From Laetmonice hystrix (taxonomy: Eukaryota), in the NCBI GenBank assembly GCA_965235115.1, contig OZ249441.1, positions 8,246,001 through 8,310,000 of the forward strand: DNA of 64,000 nt, read 5' to 3'. Under the pieces are notes generated by a model that ran no database searches, had not been told where the DNA came from, and saw only the letters and a list, made by a program, of their open reading frames with translations. A program made the position numbers and the translations under genes. Shown one piece after another: positions 61,660 to 64,000 of this stretch. Positions within the stretch are counted from its first letter, which is position 1; each line of letters begins with the position of its first letter.

Positions 61660-62583
61660 GGTGGACCCCTGGTCAGTCGGTCGGTGGACCCTGGGTACGG
61701 TCGGTCGGTGGACCCCGGGTACGGTCGGTCGGTGGACCCTGGGTACGGTCGGCCGGTAGACCCCGGGTACGGTCGGTCGGTGGACCCCGGTCAGTCGGTC
61801 GGTGGACCCCGGGCAAGGTCGGTCGGTGGACCCCGGTCAGCGGCCTCTGAACCCCGGGCAAGGTCGGTCGGTGGACCCCAGTCAGCGGCCTCTGAACCCC
61901 GGGCAAGGTCGGTCGGTGGACCCCAGTCAGCGGCCTCTGAACCCCGGGCAAGGTCGGTCGGTGGACCCCAGTCAGCGGCCTCTGAACCCCGGGCAAGGTC
62001 GGTCGGTGGACCCCAGTCAGCGGCCTCTGAACCCCGGGCAAGGTCGGTCGGTGGACCCCAGTCAGCGGCCTCTGAACCCCGGGCAAGGTCGGTCGGTGGA
62101 CCCCGGGTACGGTCGGTCGGTGGTCCCCGGGCAAGGTCGGTCGGTGGTCCCGGGCAAGGTCGGTCGGTGGACCCCGGTCAGCGGCCTCTGAACCCCGGGC
62201 AAGGTCTGTAGGTGGACCCCGGTCAGCGGCCTCTGAACCCCGGGCAAGGTCTGTAGGTGGACCCCGGTCAGCGGCCTCTGAACCCTGGGCAAGGTCGGTC
62301 GGTGGACCCCGGGTACGGTCTGTCAGTGAACCCCGGTCAGCGGCCTCTGAACCCCGGGTCCGGTCTGTCGGTGGACCCCGGGTACGGTCGGTCGGTGGGC
62401 CCCAGCAAGGTCTGTCGGTGGACCCCGGGTATGGTAGGTCGTTGGACCCCGGTCAGCGGCCTCTGAACCCCGGGCAAGGTCGGTCGGTGGACCCCGGTCC
62501 GCGGCCTCTGAACCCCGGCCAAAGTTGGTCGTTGAACCCCGGTCAGCGGCCTCTGAACCCCGGGTAAGGTCTGTCGGTGGACC
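61660..62583. repeat. Composite GC-rich array: 24-bp monomer and 45-bp (24+21) composite units
   Basis: gggcaaggtcggtcggtggacccc with or without agtcagcggcctctgaacccc; explains ORFs 61636..62522. Confidence 0.95.
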
Positions 62584-63425
62584 GTGGACGGGCGGTGTTA
62601 GCGCCCGGTACCCGCCCTGGGGACGAGAGTGGGGGCAGGGGCAGGGGCAGGACTCTGTGTTTGATGTGGAGCCTCTCAGCCGGAAAGATAAAAAAAACCT
62701 CTTTTGTTTTATGGCCCTTTAATCGAGGGCAACCTTTTTCGGGTCATCACTCCAACACTACCTCGTTGTCAAAACAATTATCACTTAATCATTATTACCA
62801 GAAACACATTGAGCAATATAGATAGTAATATAGCAGGAGAAGCAGTGAATGAACACGGGCGTTATAAACGTCTGTCGGTCCTGGTTGGCTGGGGCCATCA
62901 TTTGTTGTTCAATGATAACTCGGAATGTTGACATTGAGGCTATTAATCGTTCATTGCGTTCAGTTAATGTAATGACCCACTGGGCCCAGTCCACTGGGTC
63001 AGACGTGGTTGGTAATGAGGGATTGTTGCTGGAAACGATGCGCTCTCTTAAAAAATCGGCTTTAAATCCGTTATGGCCATCTATATGCCACCACCCCCAC
63101 GCCTGTGTGTGTGAAACAATTACAAGTTGTCAAGTTTTACCAGAAGTTTTGATTTACGTTTTGAATTTTAGATTTAAATCGGGTTATTCGTGTGGAGACT
63201 ACAGTATCATTTAGTTGAGCGAGTATTTCTAAACGCATTAGACGGGACACTACATAATAGATGTACTAACCACAACGCCTACCTCAGTGTGGGCACCACT
63301 CCTAACTCTCAATCTGTCCTCTACATTCCACGGTCTAATTGAGAGCAAGACAGTCATATCACTCTCAATCACATCCTGTGGTCCTCACACTAGAAAACAC
63401 TGACATTGGTCCTCTTGCTTTATAA

Positions 63426-64000
63426 GGAACCCGATAGGACAGTGTTAGTGTCCTGTGGTTTTATTAGGGCCCCGGTAGGGCAGTGTTAGTGTCCTGTGGT
63501 TTTATTAGGGCCCCGGTAGGACAGTGTTAGCGTCCTGTGGTTTATTTAGGGCCCCGGTAGGGCAGTGTTAGTGCCCTGTGGTTTATTTAGGGCCCCGGTA
63601 AGCAGTGTTAGTGCCCTGTGGTTTATTTAGGGCCCCGGTAGGGCAGTGTTAGTGTCCTGTGGTTTTATTAGGACCCCGGTAGGGCAGTGTTAGTGTCCTG
63701 TGGTTTTATTAGGGCCCCGGTAGGGCAGTGTTAGTGTCCTGTGGTTTTATTAGGGCCCCGGTAGGACAGTGTTAGCGTCCTGTGGTTTATTTAGGGCCCC
63801 GGTAGGGCAGTGTTAGTGCCCTGTGGTTTATTTAGGGCCCCGGTAAGGCAGTGTTAGTGCCCTGTGGTTTATTTAGGGCCCCGGTAGGGCAGTGTTAGTG
63901 TCCTGTGGTTTTATTAGGACCCCGGTAGGGCAGTGTTAGTGTCCTGTGGTTTTATTAGGGCCCCGGTAGGGCAGTGTTAGTGTCCTGTGGTTTTATTAGG
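63426..64000. repeat. Tandem array, 41-bp unit (gggccccggtagggcagtgttagtgtcctgtggttttatta), truncated by the window end
   Basis: Period 41; the variant pattern repeats after ~245 bp. Confidence 0.96.

Noticed and set aside
3880-64000. CRISPR-like appearance of 28-47-bp repeats
   Set aside because: Units are head-to-tail with no unique spacers, no cas genes are present, and the context is eukaryotic.
315-64000. Arrays carried by one Helentron/HINE-type element, as described for bivalve satellite-like repeats
   Set aside because: I could not see shared flanking boxes, subterminal inverted repeats or a common microsatellite around the arrays; a formal flank alignment is still needed.

Overview
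Eukaryotic (animal) genomic DNA, not prokaryotic; a lophotrochozoan origin is plausible but only inferred. One clearly supported protein-coding sequence: an intronless-CDS class A (rhodopsin-like) neuropeptide-type GPCR of the FMRFamide/sex-peptide-receptor-like group on the minus strand (38582-39874). About 23.5 kb (~37%, hand-summed) of the window is about 37 mutually unrelated tandem arrays (units 18-126 bp, many at 35-47 bp). Almost all long ORFs in the supplied track are artefacts of these arrays. At least four non-autonomous DNA transposons (MITEs) are recognisable by terminal inverted repeats; one sits inside a 74-bp array with a clean 10-bp target-site duplication. A likely first coding exon of a second minus-strand gene (60656-60775) has E-box/CLEAR-type motifs beside it, and scattered candidate exons raise the possibility that the GPCR is nested in an intron. 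I found no convincing novel enzymatic or defence system. The most unusual signal is the density, unit-length bias and motif content (AP-1, CCAAT, CTCF-like) of the minisatellites. All coordinates, unit lengths and copy numbers were read by eye; no database search was possible.
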